Positions 11,301 through 24,830 of a stretch of 63,360 nucleotides of DNA are shown here, piece by piece. The notes below the pieces were generated by a model that searched no databases, was not told where the DNA came from, and saw only the letters and a list, made by a program, of their open reading frames with translations. Numbering within the stretch: position 1 is the first letter of the stretch; every line of letters begins with the position of its first letter. Origin of the DNA: Tubiluchus corallicola (lineage: Eukaryota > Animalia > Priapulida). Made by a program: the position numbers and the translations under genes. The DNA lies in assembly GCA_030141605.1 (NCBI GenBank), contig JAQGDQ010000343.1:186001-249360 (forward strand), read 5' to 3'.

Positions 11301-14300
11301 ATTTGTCAAGTACACTTAAGTACAAAATTGTGTAAATTGCATGTCAAGCCATGGCAAATGTAATCAGCAGAAGAGATTAATGCTTTTCTCTTACTAACAT
11401 CGAGTTCAACAAAGCTTGGCTAGCGTTTTGTATCTTTTATTATGGAGAGTTTTACAAAGTTTTGCCTGTTGCCATAGATTTTTCACCAGCCGTTGAAATC
11501 TGCAAATGTGAATCCAAAGTGCCAACTTCTAAGTAACTTGTTAGGCACAAAAACACATGTAAGACACTACAGGATGCTTCCTGTCTGTCAGCCTGCCAGT
11601 TACATTCTGTATTTAAATCTATGACCAACATTTCTGACAACTCTTTGTGGACACTGACATCAAGTCAGAAAGAAAGCATTGGAATACAAAACTTGCCAGA
11701 ATCTAGGAAAAGAGAGTAATGCACCTGACAAAGGTGCTAATGAAAAAAGAACTTTATGGCAAAACCTTGGAGTTTGACGAATGTCTTCTCAATGTTTATG
11801 ACAAAGTCAACATTGGAAAGTTGTTTAATATTCAAAAAATTTCAACCGTGCAAGTTAATTGACAGTTATCTAATGAAAACGGCTTTTCTGCAAGAAGTAA
11901 AGGAAGTTTCCAAAGACGACTTGCGGAGTGAAGAGAATACTGTTTAGCGTGTACTGAGCTTTTTGCAATATATATCTACGTGTTGTAGATATAGGAACTC
12001 TCTTAAAACACTATTTGTAATATTTATAGGTTTCTGTGTCGAAAACTCTCCACTGCCTGCCCTTGTACAATAAACCACAAACTATGGTGACAGTTTACAT
12101 GAAAGCTTTTACGATGGCAGACACCTGCATCCACATATTTATAGGTTTCTGTGTCGAAAAGACTCCACTGCCTGCCCTTGTACAATTTTCCACAAAAAAT
12201 GGTGACAGTTTGCATGAAAGTCGTTATGATGGCAGACACCTGCATCCACATTACTGTCTTTATGAAAGTTCACATTTATCAAATACACTTAAAGACAAAT
12301 TTATGCAAATTGCATGTCTGGCCATGACAAAGGTAATCGGAAAAGAAGATTAACACTTTTCTCTTACTAACATCGAGTACAACAAAGTTTGCCTCACGTT
12401 TCACATGATTTATTATGGAGAGTATTATAAAGTCCTACCTGTAGCCATAGATTTTTCACCTGCCATTGAAATAGCCAAATGTGAATCCAGAGTACCTACT
12501 TCCTTGTCATCAAAAACACATTGTAAGACATTACAGGATGCTTCCTATCTTACACCTTTTCAGTTACATGCTGTTTGCAAACCTATGACCAACATTTCTG
12601 ACAACTCTTTGTAGAAACTGACAACAAGTCAGAAAGAAAGCATTGGAATAAAAAAATTGCCAGAATTGAGGAAAAGAGAGAAATCCAGAGTACCTACTTC
12701 CTTGTCATCAAAAACACATTGTAAGACATTACAGGATGCTTCCTATCTTACACCTTTTCAGTTACATGCTGTTTGCAAACCTATGACCAACATTTCTGAC
12801 AACTCTTTGTAGAAACTGACAACAAGTCAGAAAGAAAGCATTGGAATAAAAAAATTGCCAGAATTGAGGAAAAGAGAGTAATGCACCTGACAAAGGTGCT
12901 AATGAAAAAAGAACTTTATGGCAAAATCTTGGAGTTTGACAAATAACGTCTTCTCAATGTTTATGAGAAGGTCAACATTGGAAAGTTGTTTAATACTCAA
13001 AAATATCAACCTTGCAAGTTAATTGACAGTTATCTAATGAAAACGGCTTTTCTGCAAGAAGTAAAGGAAGTTTCCAAAGACGACTTGCGGAGTGAAGAGA
13101 ATACTGTTTAGCGTGTACTGAGCTTTTTGTAATATATATCTACGTGTTGTAGATATAGGAACTCTCGTAAAACACTATTTGTAATATTTATAGGTTTCTG
13201 TGTCGAAAAGGCTTCACTGCCTGCCCTTGTACAATTTTCCACAAAAGATGATACTTTCTTGGCATCAAAAACACATTGTAAGGGACTAATTGTATGTAAA
13301 CCCTTGACAAACCTTTCTGACAACTCATTCTGAACACTGATCTCAAGTGAAAAGAAAGTTTGATAATACAATACATGCCAGAATCAAAAAAAATAGTAAT
13401 GTGCCTGACAAAAGCATTACTCAAAGAAGACATTTACGGCAAAGTGGCAGACAAAGAACGTCTTTCCAATGTGTATGAGAAAATCAACATTGGAAAGTTG
13501 TTTAATATTCTGAAGTTCCAGCCTGACAAGCTGACAGATTCGTATCTGATTTAGTTGTAGATTTAGGTCTGTGCCACACTACATCCCGCATGACAACTTC
13601 GTTGACGTCAAAAGCACATTGTAAGACACTGCAAAGTACTTCCTATCTGCACCCTTTGAGTTACATGCTGCACATAAACCTATACTATACTATTATCATA
13701 CCATTTTATCGTGCTATTATTATATTTGATTCACTTGCTAAAGAAGTCATTAATGGATGCGGGAATTTGGAAGTTATCGATACCACACTACACAAGGCAT
13801 CTCCTAGCTTAGGGAGCGGGACCGCCGAAAATTCGGCTTCGAAATTCGAATTTAAAACATGCTTATTGAAAACATATTAAATCAATAGAAACTTTTATTA
13901 AAGAAGACCTTGGCAACACAGTTCTACATTATGTGATTCGAAATAAAGACTTGAAGCTTCTTCAACTTTTGTTGGAGAATGGAAGTGATCCAGGTATCTC
14001 CTGTAATAAGGAAGGTGACGCACTGCTACACACGTATATATCAGATGCAGAAGTGGCATAGGACAACATTTAGTAGAACATCGCGTTGACATCGAAAAAG
14101 AAGACAATAAGAGACAGCCTTGGATTTGTACATAAACTTAGTGAATGTACGGACAATCAACGACGAGTATAATGATCAAACGGGATATTAATTCTTTTCC
14201 TGCTTTTGTGGGAAGCAGTTCATGTGGAATAAAAAACGGGATATTAATTCTTTTCCTGCTTTTGTGGGCAGCAGTTCATGTGGCATAAACATTGGCCTCC

Positions 14301-17300
14301 TGGATGAATATGATTACTTGATTGTTTTAAAGCAGTTCAGTAATAAAAATACTATTTTTCCTAACCTTGTACTGTTTTGTACAAAAAAGGATCGCATCCG
14401 CATTGCAATCTTTATGAAAACTCACATTTGTCAAGTACACTTAAGTACGAAATTGTGCAAATTGCATGTCAAGCCATGGCAAATGTAATCAGCAGAAGAG
14501 ATTAATGCTTTTCTCTTACTAACATCGAGTACAACAAAGCTTGGCTAACGTTTCATATCTTTTATTATGGAGAGTTTTACAAAGTTTTGCCTCTAGCCAT
14601 AGATTTTTCACCTGCCGTTGAAATCTGCAAATGTGAATCCAAAGTGCCAACTTCTTAGGCACAAAAACACATGTAAGACACCACAAGATGCTTCCTGTTC
14701 GTCAGCCTGCCAGTTACATTCTGTATGTAAATCTACGACGACCATTTCTGACAACTCTTTGTGGACACTGACATCAAGTCAGAAAGAAAGCATTGGAATA
14801 CAAAACTTGCCAGAATCAAGGAAAAGAGAGTAATGCACCTGACAAAGGTGCTAGTGAAAAAAGAACTTTATGGCAAAACCTTGGAGTTTGACGAATAATG
14901 TCTTCTCAATGTTTATGACAAAGTCAACATTGGAAAGTTGTTTAACATTCAAAAAATTTCAACCGTGCAAGTTAATTGACCCCTATCTTATGAAAACAGC
15001 CTTTCTGCAAGAAGTAAAAGAGGTTTCCAAAGACGACTTGTGGAGTGAAGAGAATACTGTTCAGCATGTACTGAGCATTTTGCAACATGTATATCTGCAT
15101 GTTGTAGAAATAGGTCTATACCACACTGCAGGCTGGATGACAACTTCCTTGACATAAAAACACTGTAAGACACTATAGGATCTTCCTGTCTGTCACCCCT
15201 TTCAGTTACAAGTTGTTTGTAAGCCTTTGACAAACATTTTTGACAATTCTTTGTAGACACTGACATCAAGTCAGAAAGAAGCGTTGGAATACAAAACTTG
15301 CGAGAATCAAGGAAACCAGTATTGCACTTAACAAGAGTGCTAATGAAAAGAACTTTATGCCAAAACCTTGGAGTTTGATGAAGAATGTTATGCCTATGTC
15401 TGCGACAAAATCAATACTGGAAAGTTTATTAATATTCTGAGGTTCTAGCTGGGTATTTTAATAGATTCTTACCTGATCAAAGCAGTTTTTCTGCAAAAAG
15501 TGAAAGAAGTTTGCAAAGACAACTTGTGGAGGAAAGAGAATACTGTTCAGCATGTAGTGATCATTTTGCAATAGATATCTGCATGTTGTAGATATAGGTC
15601 TATGACACACTGCAGACTGAATGTCTTGGCATCAAAAGCACATTGTAAGGGACTAGTTGTATGTAAACCCTTGACAAACCTTTCTGACAACTCATTCTGA
15701 ACACTGATCTCAAGTGAAAAGAAAGTTTGATAATACAATACATGCCAGAATCAAAAAAATAGTAATGTGCCTGACAAAAGCATTACTGAACGAAGACATT
15801 TACAGCAAGACCCGCTTTGATGAAGAACGTCTTCTCAATGCCTATGACAAAATCAGCAACAGAAAGTTGATTAATGTTCTGAAGTTCCAGCCAGACAAGT
15901 TAACAGATAGTGAACAAAGCTTTCGGAGATGACTTGTGGAGTGAAGAGACTGTGTACTGAGCATTTTGCAATATAAGTCTACATGTTGTAGATTTAGGTC
16001 TATGCCACACTACATGCCGGATGACAACTTCCTTGGTATCAAAAACACATTGTAAGATACTACAGGATGCTTCCTATCTGTCACCTTTTCAGTTACATGC
16101 TGTTTGTAAACCTTTGACAAAAATTTCTGACAATTCTTTGTAGACACTGACATCAAGTCAAAAAGAAAGTTCGATGATACAATACATGCCAGAATCAATG
16201 AAAAGAGTAGTGTGCTTGACAAAAGCATTACTCAAAGAAGACATTTACGGCAAAATGGCAGACGAAGAACGTCTTCCCAATGTCTATGAGAAAATCAACA
16301 TTGGAAAGTTGTTTAACATTCTGATGTTCCAGCCTGACAAGCAGACAGATTCGTATCTGATTTAGTTGTAGATTTAGGTCTGTGCCACACTACATGCCGC
16401 ATGACAACTTCGTTGACGTCAAAAGCACATTGTAAGACACTGCAAAGTACTTCCTATCTGTCACCCTTTGAGTTACATGCTGCACATAAACCTATACTAT
16501 ACTATTATCATACCATTTTATCGTGCTATTATTATATTTGATTCACTTGCTAAAGAAGTTATTAATGGATGTGGGAATTTGGAAGTTATCGATACGACAC
16601 TACACAAGGCATCTCGTAGCTTAGGGAGCGGGACCGCCGAAAATTCGGCTTCGAAATTCGAATTTAAAACATGCTTATTGAAAACATATTAAATCAATAG
16701 AAACTTTTCTTAAAGAAGACCTTGGCAACACAGTTCTACATTATCTGATTCAAAATAAAGACTTGAAGCTTCTTCAACTTTTGTTGGAGAATGGAAGTGA
16801 TCCAGGTATCTCCTGTAATAAGGAAGGTGATGCACTGCTACACACGTATATATCAGATGCAGAAGTGGCATAATACACCATTTAGTAGAACATCGCGTTG
16901 ACATCAAAAAAGAAGACAATAAGAGACAGCCTTGGATTTGTACATAAACTTAGTGAATGTACGGACAATCAACGACGAGTATAATGATCAAACGGGATAT
17001 TAATTCTTTTCCTGCTTTTGTGGGAAGCACTTCATGTGGCATAAGCATTGGCCTCCTGGATTACTTGATTGTTTTAAAGCAGTTCAGTAATAAACATACT
17101 ATTTTTCCTAACCTTGTACAGATTGATACAAAAAAGGATCGCATCCGCATTGCAATCTTTATGAAAACTCACATTGTCAAGTACACTTAAGTACGAAATT
17201 GTGCAAATTGCACGTCAAGCCATGGCAAATGTAATCAGCAGAAGAGATTAATGCTTTTCTCTTACTAACATCGAGTTCAACAAAGCTTGGCTAACGTTTC

Positions 17301-18640
17301 ATATCTTTTATTATGGAGAGTTTTACAAAGTTTTGCCTGTAGCCATAGATTTTTCACCTGCCGTTGAAATCTGCAAATGTGAATCCAAAGTGCCAACTTC
17401 TAAGTAACTTCTTAGGCACAAAAACACATGTAAAACACTACAGGATGCTTCCTGTCTGTCAGCCTGCCAGTTATATTCTGTATTTAAATCTATGACCAAC
17501 ATTTCTGACAACTCATTGTGGACACTGACATCAAGTCAGAAAGAAAGCATTGGAATACAAAACTTGCCAGAATCAAGGAAAAGAGAGTAATGCACCTGAC
17601 AAAAGTGCTAATGAAAAAAGAACTTTATGTCAAAACCTTGGAGTTTGACGAATAACGTCTTCTCAATGTTTATGGCAAAGTCAACATTGGAAAGTTGTTT
17701 AATATTCAAAAATATCAACCGTGCAAGTTAATTGACAGTTATCTAATGAAAACGGCTTTTCTGCAAGAAGTAAAGGAAGTTTCCAAAGACGACTTGCGGA
17801 GTGAAGAGAATACTGTTCAGCATGTACTGAGCATTTTGCAACATATATATCTGCATGTTGTAGAAATAGGTCTATGACACACTGCATGTTGGATGGCATA
17901 GTTTTTTGGAGACCACACGACAACGAAAATCGAAGTAGAGTAAGAGGATTGATTAAAAGATATGTTTATTAAAAGTTAAGAACAATCATCGTAGCAACGG
18001 TCGGGAACAAGGTTCCTTACTGATAGAAATGGATTGGGAAGGATGCCCCCTGCTGGTCACCATAGCAACAGACTAACCACCGTAGCAATGTACTGCGAAA
18101 CCACAACTAGGTTACCATGACAATGTCAGAGATAGAAGTGATGTCACCTCAGCCTCAAACACATGAAGATGATAAAGTTGTGCAAAATTTGGCTGTGAAG
18201 AAGACAGTTTTCCAGGAAATTGGGACAATCAAAGACGATTTTGATTCTCGTACTGTTTTCACGGGAAGCAGTTCTTATGACATGAAGAATTGGGGCTGCC
18301 AGGCAAATACAGGTAGCTAATTGTCGCAAAGCTTTTGATTGTGAAACAGTTCACTGAAAAGACACTTTTGTCTGCCCTTGTATGAATTTCTAGAAATAAG
18401 TGTGACAGTTTCCGTCTCTGTCATTATTATTGTAGACAGACAAATGTGTACAAAGAGCATGTCAAGCTTTGACCATCTAATGAGCAAAAAGCAACAAGTA
18501 TTTCCTCTTGTAAATATTAAGTACAAAGCAAATTGTCTGAGATTTTGTTGCTGTTTTTGTAAGCACTTTTCCTGTTGCCATAGATTTTTCAACTGGCATT
18601 GAAATTTGCAAAAGACATTCCAATCCTTCAACTTGCTGCA
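8380..18640 (+). pseudogene. Scrambled tandem array of ankyrin + Mab-21/cGAS-like nucleotidyltransferase (cGLR) gene fragments
   Basis: Recurrent translations FVGSSSCGINIGLLDEYDYLIVL, LPVAIDFSPAIEI, SLWTLTSSQKE, IDSYLMKTAFLQEV, DLWSEENTVQHVLSIL and ankyrin-like LHYAIRNKDLKLLQLLLENGSDP; many stops and frameshifts. Confidence 0.8.
8985..15100. repeat. ~3038-bp direct tandem duplication inside the cGLR array (third partial copy ~16170-17880)
   Basis: Near-identical ORFs offset by 3038 (9367/12405, 10070/13108, 10322/13360). Confidence 0.92.
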
Positions 18641-18657
18641 TATAATACATCACATCA

Positions 18658-19377
18658 GGTGGTGCAAAAAACTTGCAGAAGTTTTGATCATGATTTTGTA
18701 AAAAAAAATAACGGAATTGCTTAAAAAAAATCCGTGTTGATATTACAGATTTTTGGGTATAAACACCAAAAATTTTCGGTCATTTTCTTGGACTTTTCTA
18801 GTGATATAGAAGTTTTAAACCACCAAGTCAAAAAACTAAATGCCGGAAAAATATTGTCACTATTGCTATAATTTACAGCGAGTGCTCTCTGTGTCAACCA
18901 TTTTCACTGGAAACCAAATAAGTCAATTTCTTCCTACAACTTATACAGTTTCTCACTTTTTAAGAGCTATTCGATTCCACCTTTCAACAATTTTTGCTTT
19001 TAGTTTCTTTGCACCAAATGGCTCCGTGGCAACTCTCATCATACACTTTCTTGGCAGTAAATCTTTATCAGTGCTTTATTTTCTGTGGTAAAGACCATGT
19101 AAACAGGTTGATTTCCATATATATGTTTGACAGCCATATTTTGAGTGCTTTATCGGCTGTTTTTCAGCTGACGATTAGCTGACATCGTTCCGGCATTTAA
19201 TTTTTTAATGTGCAAAAAAATTTTTAGCCATAAGTTAAAAATCACTAAGAGTACAAACTTGTAACTTTGCATATAAAAGTTAATGCATTGTAATGTGTTG
19301 CAAAATTCCAACTTTAAACTCATTTGCTTCTAATATTATTCCTGTCTAAGCTTCAGCAAATTTTTTCTGCACCACTC
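18658..19377. mobile_element. MITE with imperfect TIRs
   Basis: GGTGGTGCAAAAAACTTGCAGAAG at left versus CTTCAGCAAATTTTTTCTGCACCACT at right. Confidence 0.6.
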
Positions 19378-19727
19378 GATATAAACATTACATAACATAC
19401 ATTACGTACACTAGATTATACAATACGATATATCACAATAAAATACATTATAGGACACTTCTTCTCAGTTGCTTCTTGATTTGCATGCCTTATGTCAATG
19501 CTACTACCAGCTATCTAATTGTTGGTAATCATTTTCAGCTGGGCATGGAATAGTGGTGCATCTGTTTTTGACACTGGCAAAATTATTCAGAGCCCCTTGT
19601 AAGTAGTACCTGTACAGTTGACCACGATGAAATGAAAATTGTATTACCCCTGTGTGTTCTCCATTAGGCGCTGCACTACTTGGCAAGTCATCCAGTATTA
19701 CTACTAGCACCACAGTCAGCATTTCTA

Positions 19728-20620
19728 GAGAGAAAATGCTGCTCTGTTTCTGGCGTGTCGATTATCAACTGCAAACATGAGCTATGCATCTGCCATAGCT
19801 CCTAGCACTATTGTTAGTAGAATTTGAGAGTAAATGTTGCTCTATTTTTGATGTGTCCATTATCAGCTGCAAACATGAGCTATGCATCTGCCATATCTCC
19901 TAGCACTATTGTCAGTAGAATTTGAGAGCAAATGCTGCTCAATTTCTGGTGTGTCCATTATCACCTGCAAACATGAGCTATGCAACTGCCATATTTCCTA
20001 GCACTATTGTCAGTAGAATTTGAGAGTAAATGCTGCTCAATTTCTGGTGTGTCCATTATCACCTGCAAACATGAGCTATGCAACTGCCATATCTCCTAGC
20101 ACTATTGTCAGTAGAATTTGAGAGTAAATGCTGTTCTATTTTTGATGTGTCCATTATCAGCTGCAAACATGAGCTGTGCATCTGCCATATTTCCTAGCAC
20201 TATTGTCAGTAGAATTTGAGAGTAAATGCTGTTCTATTTTTGATGTGTCCATTATCAGCTGCAAACATGAGCTATGCATCTGCCATATTTCCTAGCACTA
20301 TTGTCAGTAGAATTTGAGAGTAAATATTGCTCTATTTTTGATGTGTCCATTATCAGGTGCAAACATGAGCTATGCAACTGCCGTATCTCCTAGCACTATT
20401 GTCAGTAGAATTTGAGAGTAATTGTTGCTCTATTTTTGATGTGTCCATTATCAGCTGCAAACATGAGCTATGCAACTGCCATATCTCCTAGCACTATTGT
20501 CAGTAAAATTTGAAAGTAAATGTTGCTCTATTTTTGATGTGTCCATTATCAGCTGCAAACATGAGCTATGCATCTGCCATATCTCCTAGCACTATTGTCA
20601 GTAGAATTTGGGAGAAAAAA
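19728..20620. repeat. 98-bp tandem repeat, ~9 copies
   Basis: TGAGAGTAAAT recurs at 20021, 20119 and onward. Confidence 0.95.
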
Positions 20621-20967
20621 TGCCGATGTGTTCTCTGTTTGATGCGAATGCTGTTTGAATATCTCAGTTCCCGTTGCCTTGGACACATATATGAGAAATT
20701 TCACATCTTGGTGCTACTGTACCCATGTTGTATTTAGATTCCACATCTTAGAAAGTCTATGCGGCTTGTCTCTTCCATGTTTCCGAGTTTTCGTCTGCAC
20801 AACCTTAAAAAAGCGAAAAAAGGGAGCATCTACTTTCAATGGTGCGCAACTTTCCTTGCATATAATAATAATGACTTCGTTTAGGAGATAGTTCAGGGAT
20901 AACACATTAACTAACTCAATACTTATTTCCAAGATGATCCCGATTATCATCAACTGCATAGTACTTT

Positions 20968-21100
20968 ACTTTGACAAACCCGCTTTCTTGATCGAAGAAC
21001 CAGCGGTAACATTTTTTTAAGTCAGTATCACTTAGTTGGGAATTAAACCCGCGACCTCCCCTCCCAGGTGGGAAGCAAGCATGCTATCATAGAGCTATGT
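20968..21100 (-). mobile_element. Degraded tRNA-derived SINE-like fragment
   Basis: Minus strand shows A-box-like TAGCTCTATGATAG and B-box-like GGTTTAATTCCC. Confidence 0.3.
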
Positions 21101-22556
21101 CCCTAGTCCGTTATAATTTTAATTTGCAATATTTGCATTTCTCTTCAGCAAACTTAACCAAGCTTTATTAATTTTCGAAATATGAAGTTGCCATATTAAA
21201 TGAAAACAAACAATAACATCCTTCAATCTATCAAATCCAAATACTCAACACTTCTTGAGAAAATTTTTGCTCCTGTTTTATCATTGTATCAATTTTAAAG
21301 TCTGTTGTTAATTTAACACTTGAAAACTGTTAGACTGCATATACCTTCTGAGTAAACAAATGCAGTTGTGTGTCTGGGAAAGCCTGTAGACTACGTACAT
21401 CATTATAGATAACGTGTGTAAAGTTGTAAAATCACCTGACTAAGCTTGATTAATCAACGAACAAATAAGTAAGGCAAAGGCATTTTTAGTTTAGTAAAAA
21501 AATACGAGTAGAGAGTGTAGCATTTTATTTTTTGCAGTATGTCCAAAAAAGGTTATTTACCATTCACTCTAGAAAAGTTTAGATGGTAGCCAAATTGCTG
21601 ATTTTTTATTTTTTTGCAAATTGGTACTATATTAGTTGTTTCATTGCAGCAAAGAAATCAGCTGAAACTTCAGAGCTGGATGCTGTGTAATTTGCTTCAG
21701 CACAAATCAGTTTTCATAAATTTGGAATTTTGCTTATAATTTCACCACGTACACAGTTAGCAATTACCATTATAAACAAAAACCATACTGGGATTTGTGG
21801 GGCTCGAAAAGAACTATAAACAAAATGGTATAACGTATATATGTTTAGCAAATTTCTAAGCAAAATGTACAAATTCCTAAAAGAGTGGGCATTTTTGCAT
21901 AGTTGTTAGAGAAATCCATTTTTTGAGACATAGCTTCTAAGTGTTAAAATGAGTAAAATTTGTAAGATTTACCTCTCCACATGTACCAAATGAAATGTAA
22001 GTTTATTTTACAACACATCGATCGTACGGCTTTAAAAGATATAAGAAATCTCCATTACTCAAATGCAATTTTTGAGTTTTAAACTAAACTGCAATAGTTA
22101 CATACATACCATGACTGGTTACTTTACTGTTCATTTTTTCATAGTGTTGCATCGCGTCTCTACTGAACTCCTTTCTATTTCATTTCTCTTCCCTTTTTCT
22201 CCATCTTCACTCCATTACTTTATCTTTACTGTTCTCTGTTTTTCTATAAATTCTTTCTCTTGTTAGCTAAGCAATTTTTTCCGCTCTTCACGGTGGTTTC
22301 GGAAGCTTTGCTTTTCGACCACCACGCCACATATATTTCTGGTTGATAAACTATTTTCTAGTTTAGTAACTATATTAATGTAGTTCTGTTACAGTTATTG
22401 TAAATATAGTAAGTTTGAATTATTTTCCTTAACTATACATTAATAGTGTAATAGTACATAATAGTATATTAATGTAGTTTTGTTACAATTATTGTCAATA
22501 TATTTGTCTTTTCCTAGTTATAAGATGATAATGCAAGTTATAATGTAAAACTATAT

Positions 22557-23200
22557 GTGTGCTTGCATAGCCTAATCGTCAGTAAGTTGGCAGTTAAGCT
22601 TTTCTAGTTATTCACATATCCTGAGTCTTTATTTCATGAGGATCATTTTGATACCAAGTTCATTGCTCTATGTTATTTCTAAGCTGAAATAATCTACATT
22701 GAAGTTGAGGTGCAGAGGCTACACACTGAAAAACATAATCTTGAGAAAATCTCTATTAAAGTTAGCCATTGTTTTTGGTTGTGTTTCTCCAAAACACTTA
22801 GCAACCGTACGAATGTCGCTTGCTACGGACTTTACAAGAACACATTGAAGTTATGTTTAAATCCATGAACATCGAACAGGGCTTGGCAACAGGAAAAACA
22901 AAATGACAGCTTGGCGAGCTACTATCAGAGTTTGAAAATAGGAGTTTTCTACAAATGCAGTACTAGTTTCTAGACCAAAAAGTGGGTACAGGGTTAAAAT
23001 TAGATTTTTAATGCTTTTTGAACAATTTCTTGATAATTTGATGCTAGCATGTAAATGTCCAATATGTTTAGAAATTGTTTTTTATCAAAAAAACCAAAAA
23101 ATTGACATTTGTCCAAACTTTTTGGGTCATTCTACTTTGAAGCATCGTAACGTAGTTTTAACTATGCCGACTTATGGACGGTTTTGGTTTGCAAGCACAC
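22557..23200 (+). mobile_element. MITE family A, full length (Sola1-like)
   Basis: TIR GTGTGCTTGCA…TGCAAGCACAC flanked by ATAT on both sides. Confidence 0.85.
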
Positions 23201-24107
23201 ATATGCTACATTGGATAATAAATTACAATTAAAAAGAAATTGTAATCAAACCAAGTAAAACGTAAGAAAATAAGTTTTCCTTCAAATTTATCTTATCTTG
23301 ATAGAAAACCTAAACTAAAGTTTTTATACAAACCTGATTTCGTACTCCCGTTACGCTGCATATCTGCAGCGCCTGTCCTTTCCACACCAACAACGACTTT
23401 TGATATAAGCACGTCTAGCAGTGCTAATAAATCTTATACTTCAGTATTCGTGCGCATAAACACATGAGTGCAAAGGTTGGATTTGAAGGCCAAGTATTTG
23501 CAGAATAAGCGCAAAATGACACAAACGTGATCAGGTTTTGTTTACATCGGCATTCTTACATTATTACAAAAGTATCTTGAGGGAAATATTAACGCTTGAA
23601 AGGTACAAATTAAAAAATATGAACTATTCTACTGACCAGGCAAAAATGCCCATTTTCTAAGTTCTTGTATACTTTTTTTGGATCTTTTCGAGCCGTAGCT
23701 GCCCTATGGAATCTCACTTTAGTTTTGTTTATAACGATAATTGCTGTGAATTTTAGTCTAAAATGAGGACAAAAATTCAAATTTACAAAAAAACTGATCT
23801 GCACTCAAACCAAATACACAGCACCCAGCTTTGAAATTTCAAATACAGTACTTATTTGCAAAAAATATAAAAATGCAGTTTGCTTTCTACGGAATTTGGC
23901 CATCAGGTATGCTTCTCTAGAGTAACGAGAAGTGACTTTTAGTGCAAATAATTACCACATTAGCGTATATTACACATAATTACTGTACAACACTCTGTAC
24001 TCATATTCATGCAGTGGGGAAAACCATTCTCTTATCTTGTTTGTTCGGTGATTAGACAAGCTCTGTCATGTGGTATTACAACTTAGCCATGTCATCTGTA
24101 ATTATAT

Positions 24108-24830
24108 GTGTGCTTGCAAACCAAAACCGTCCATACGTCGGAATAGTTAAAACTATGTTATGGTGCTTCAAAGTAGAATGCATCAAAAATTTGGTCAAAT
24201 GTCAATTTTTTGTTTTTTACAATATATTGTTTTATTTTATACAATATACAAATTTATATACAGCATATATATATATGTGCGTGTGTGTGTATTTTAAATA
24301 TGTTGGACCTTTTACATTCTATCTCAAATTATCAAGAAAATGTTCAAAAAATACTAAAAATTAAATTTTATGACCCCAAACACTTTTTGTCTAGAATCTA
24401 ATCTAGTACTGCAATTGTAAAAAACTTGTATTCTCAAATTTCGATAGTAGTTTGTGGAAGCAGCCCTTTTGCTTTGGGTTTTTTCTTTTGTGAAGCCCAG
24501 ATCTTCGTCAGGAAGGGCCATCTACTGGAATTAAATGACTTCAGTGTTTTTTTGAAAAGTCCATGGCAACCAACATTTGTGCAGTTGCTAAGTGTTTTTG
24601 TAGAAATGCGACAAAAAACAATGGCTGACTTTAACAGCGGTTTTCTCAAGGTTATGTTTTTCAGTGCATAGCGTGCACCTCAACTTCAACGTAGATTATC
24701 TCAGCTTAGAAATAATCCAGACCAGTGAGCTTGGTATCAAAATAATTCTCATGAAATGCAGATTCAGGATATGTGAATAACTAGAAAAGTTTAACTGCCG
24801 ACCTACGAACAATTTTGCTATGCATGCAAC
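24108..24830 (-). mobile_element. MITE family A, full length, reverse orientation
   Basis: ATAT|GTGTGCTTGCAAACC … TGCATGCAAC|ATTT; empty-site paralog at ~24930-25087. Confidence 0.85.

Noticed and set aside
8380-18640. Functional spliced or readthrough cGLR gene
   Set aside because: Stops of several types plus frameshifts fall inside conserved blocks, and I could not find splice sites that bypass them
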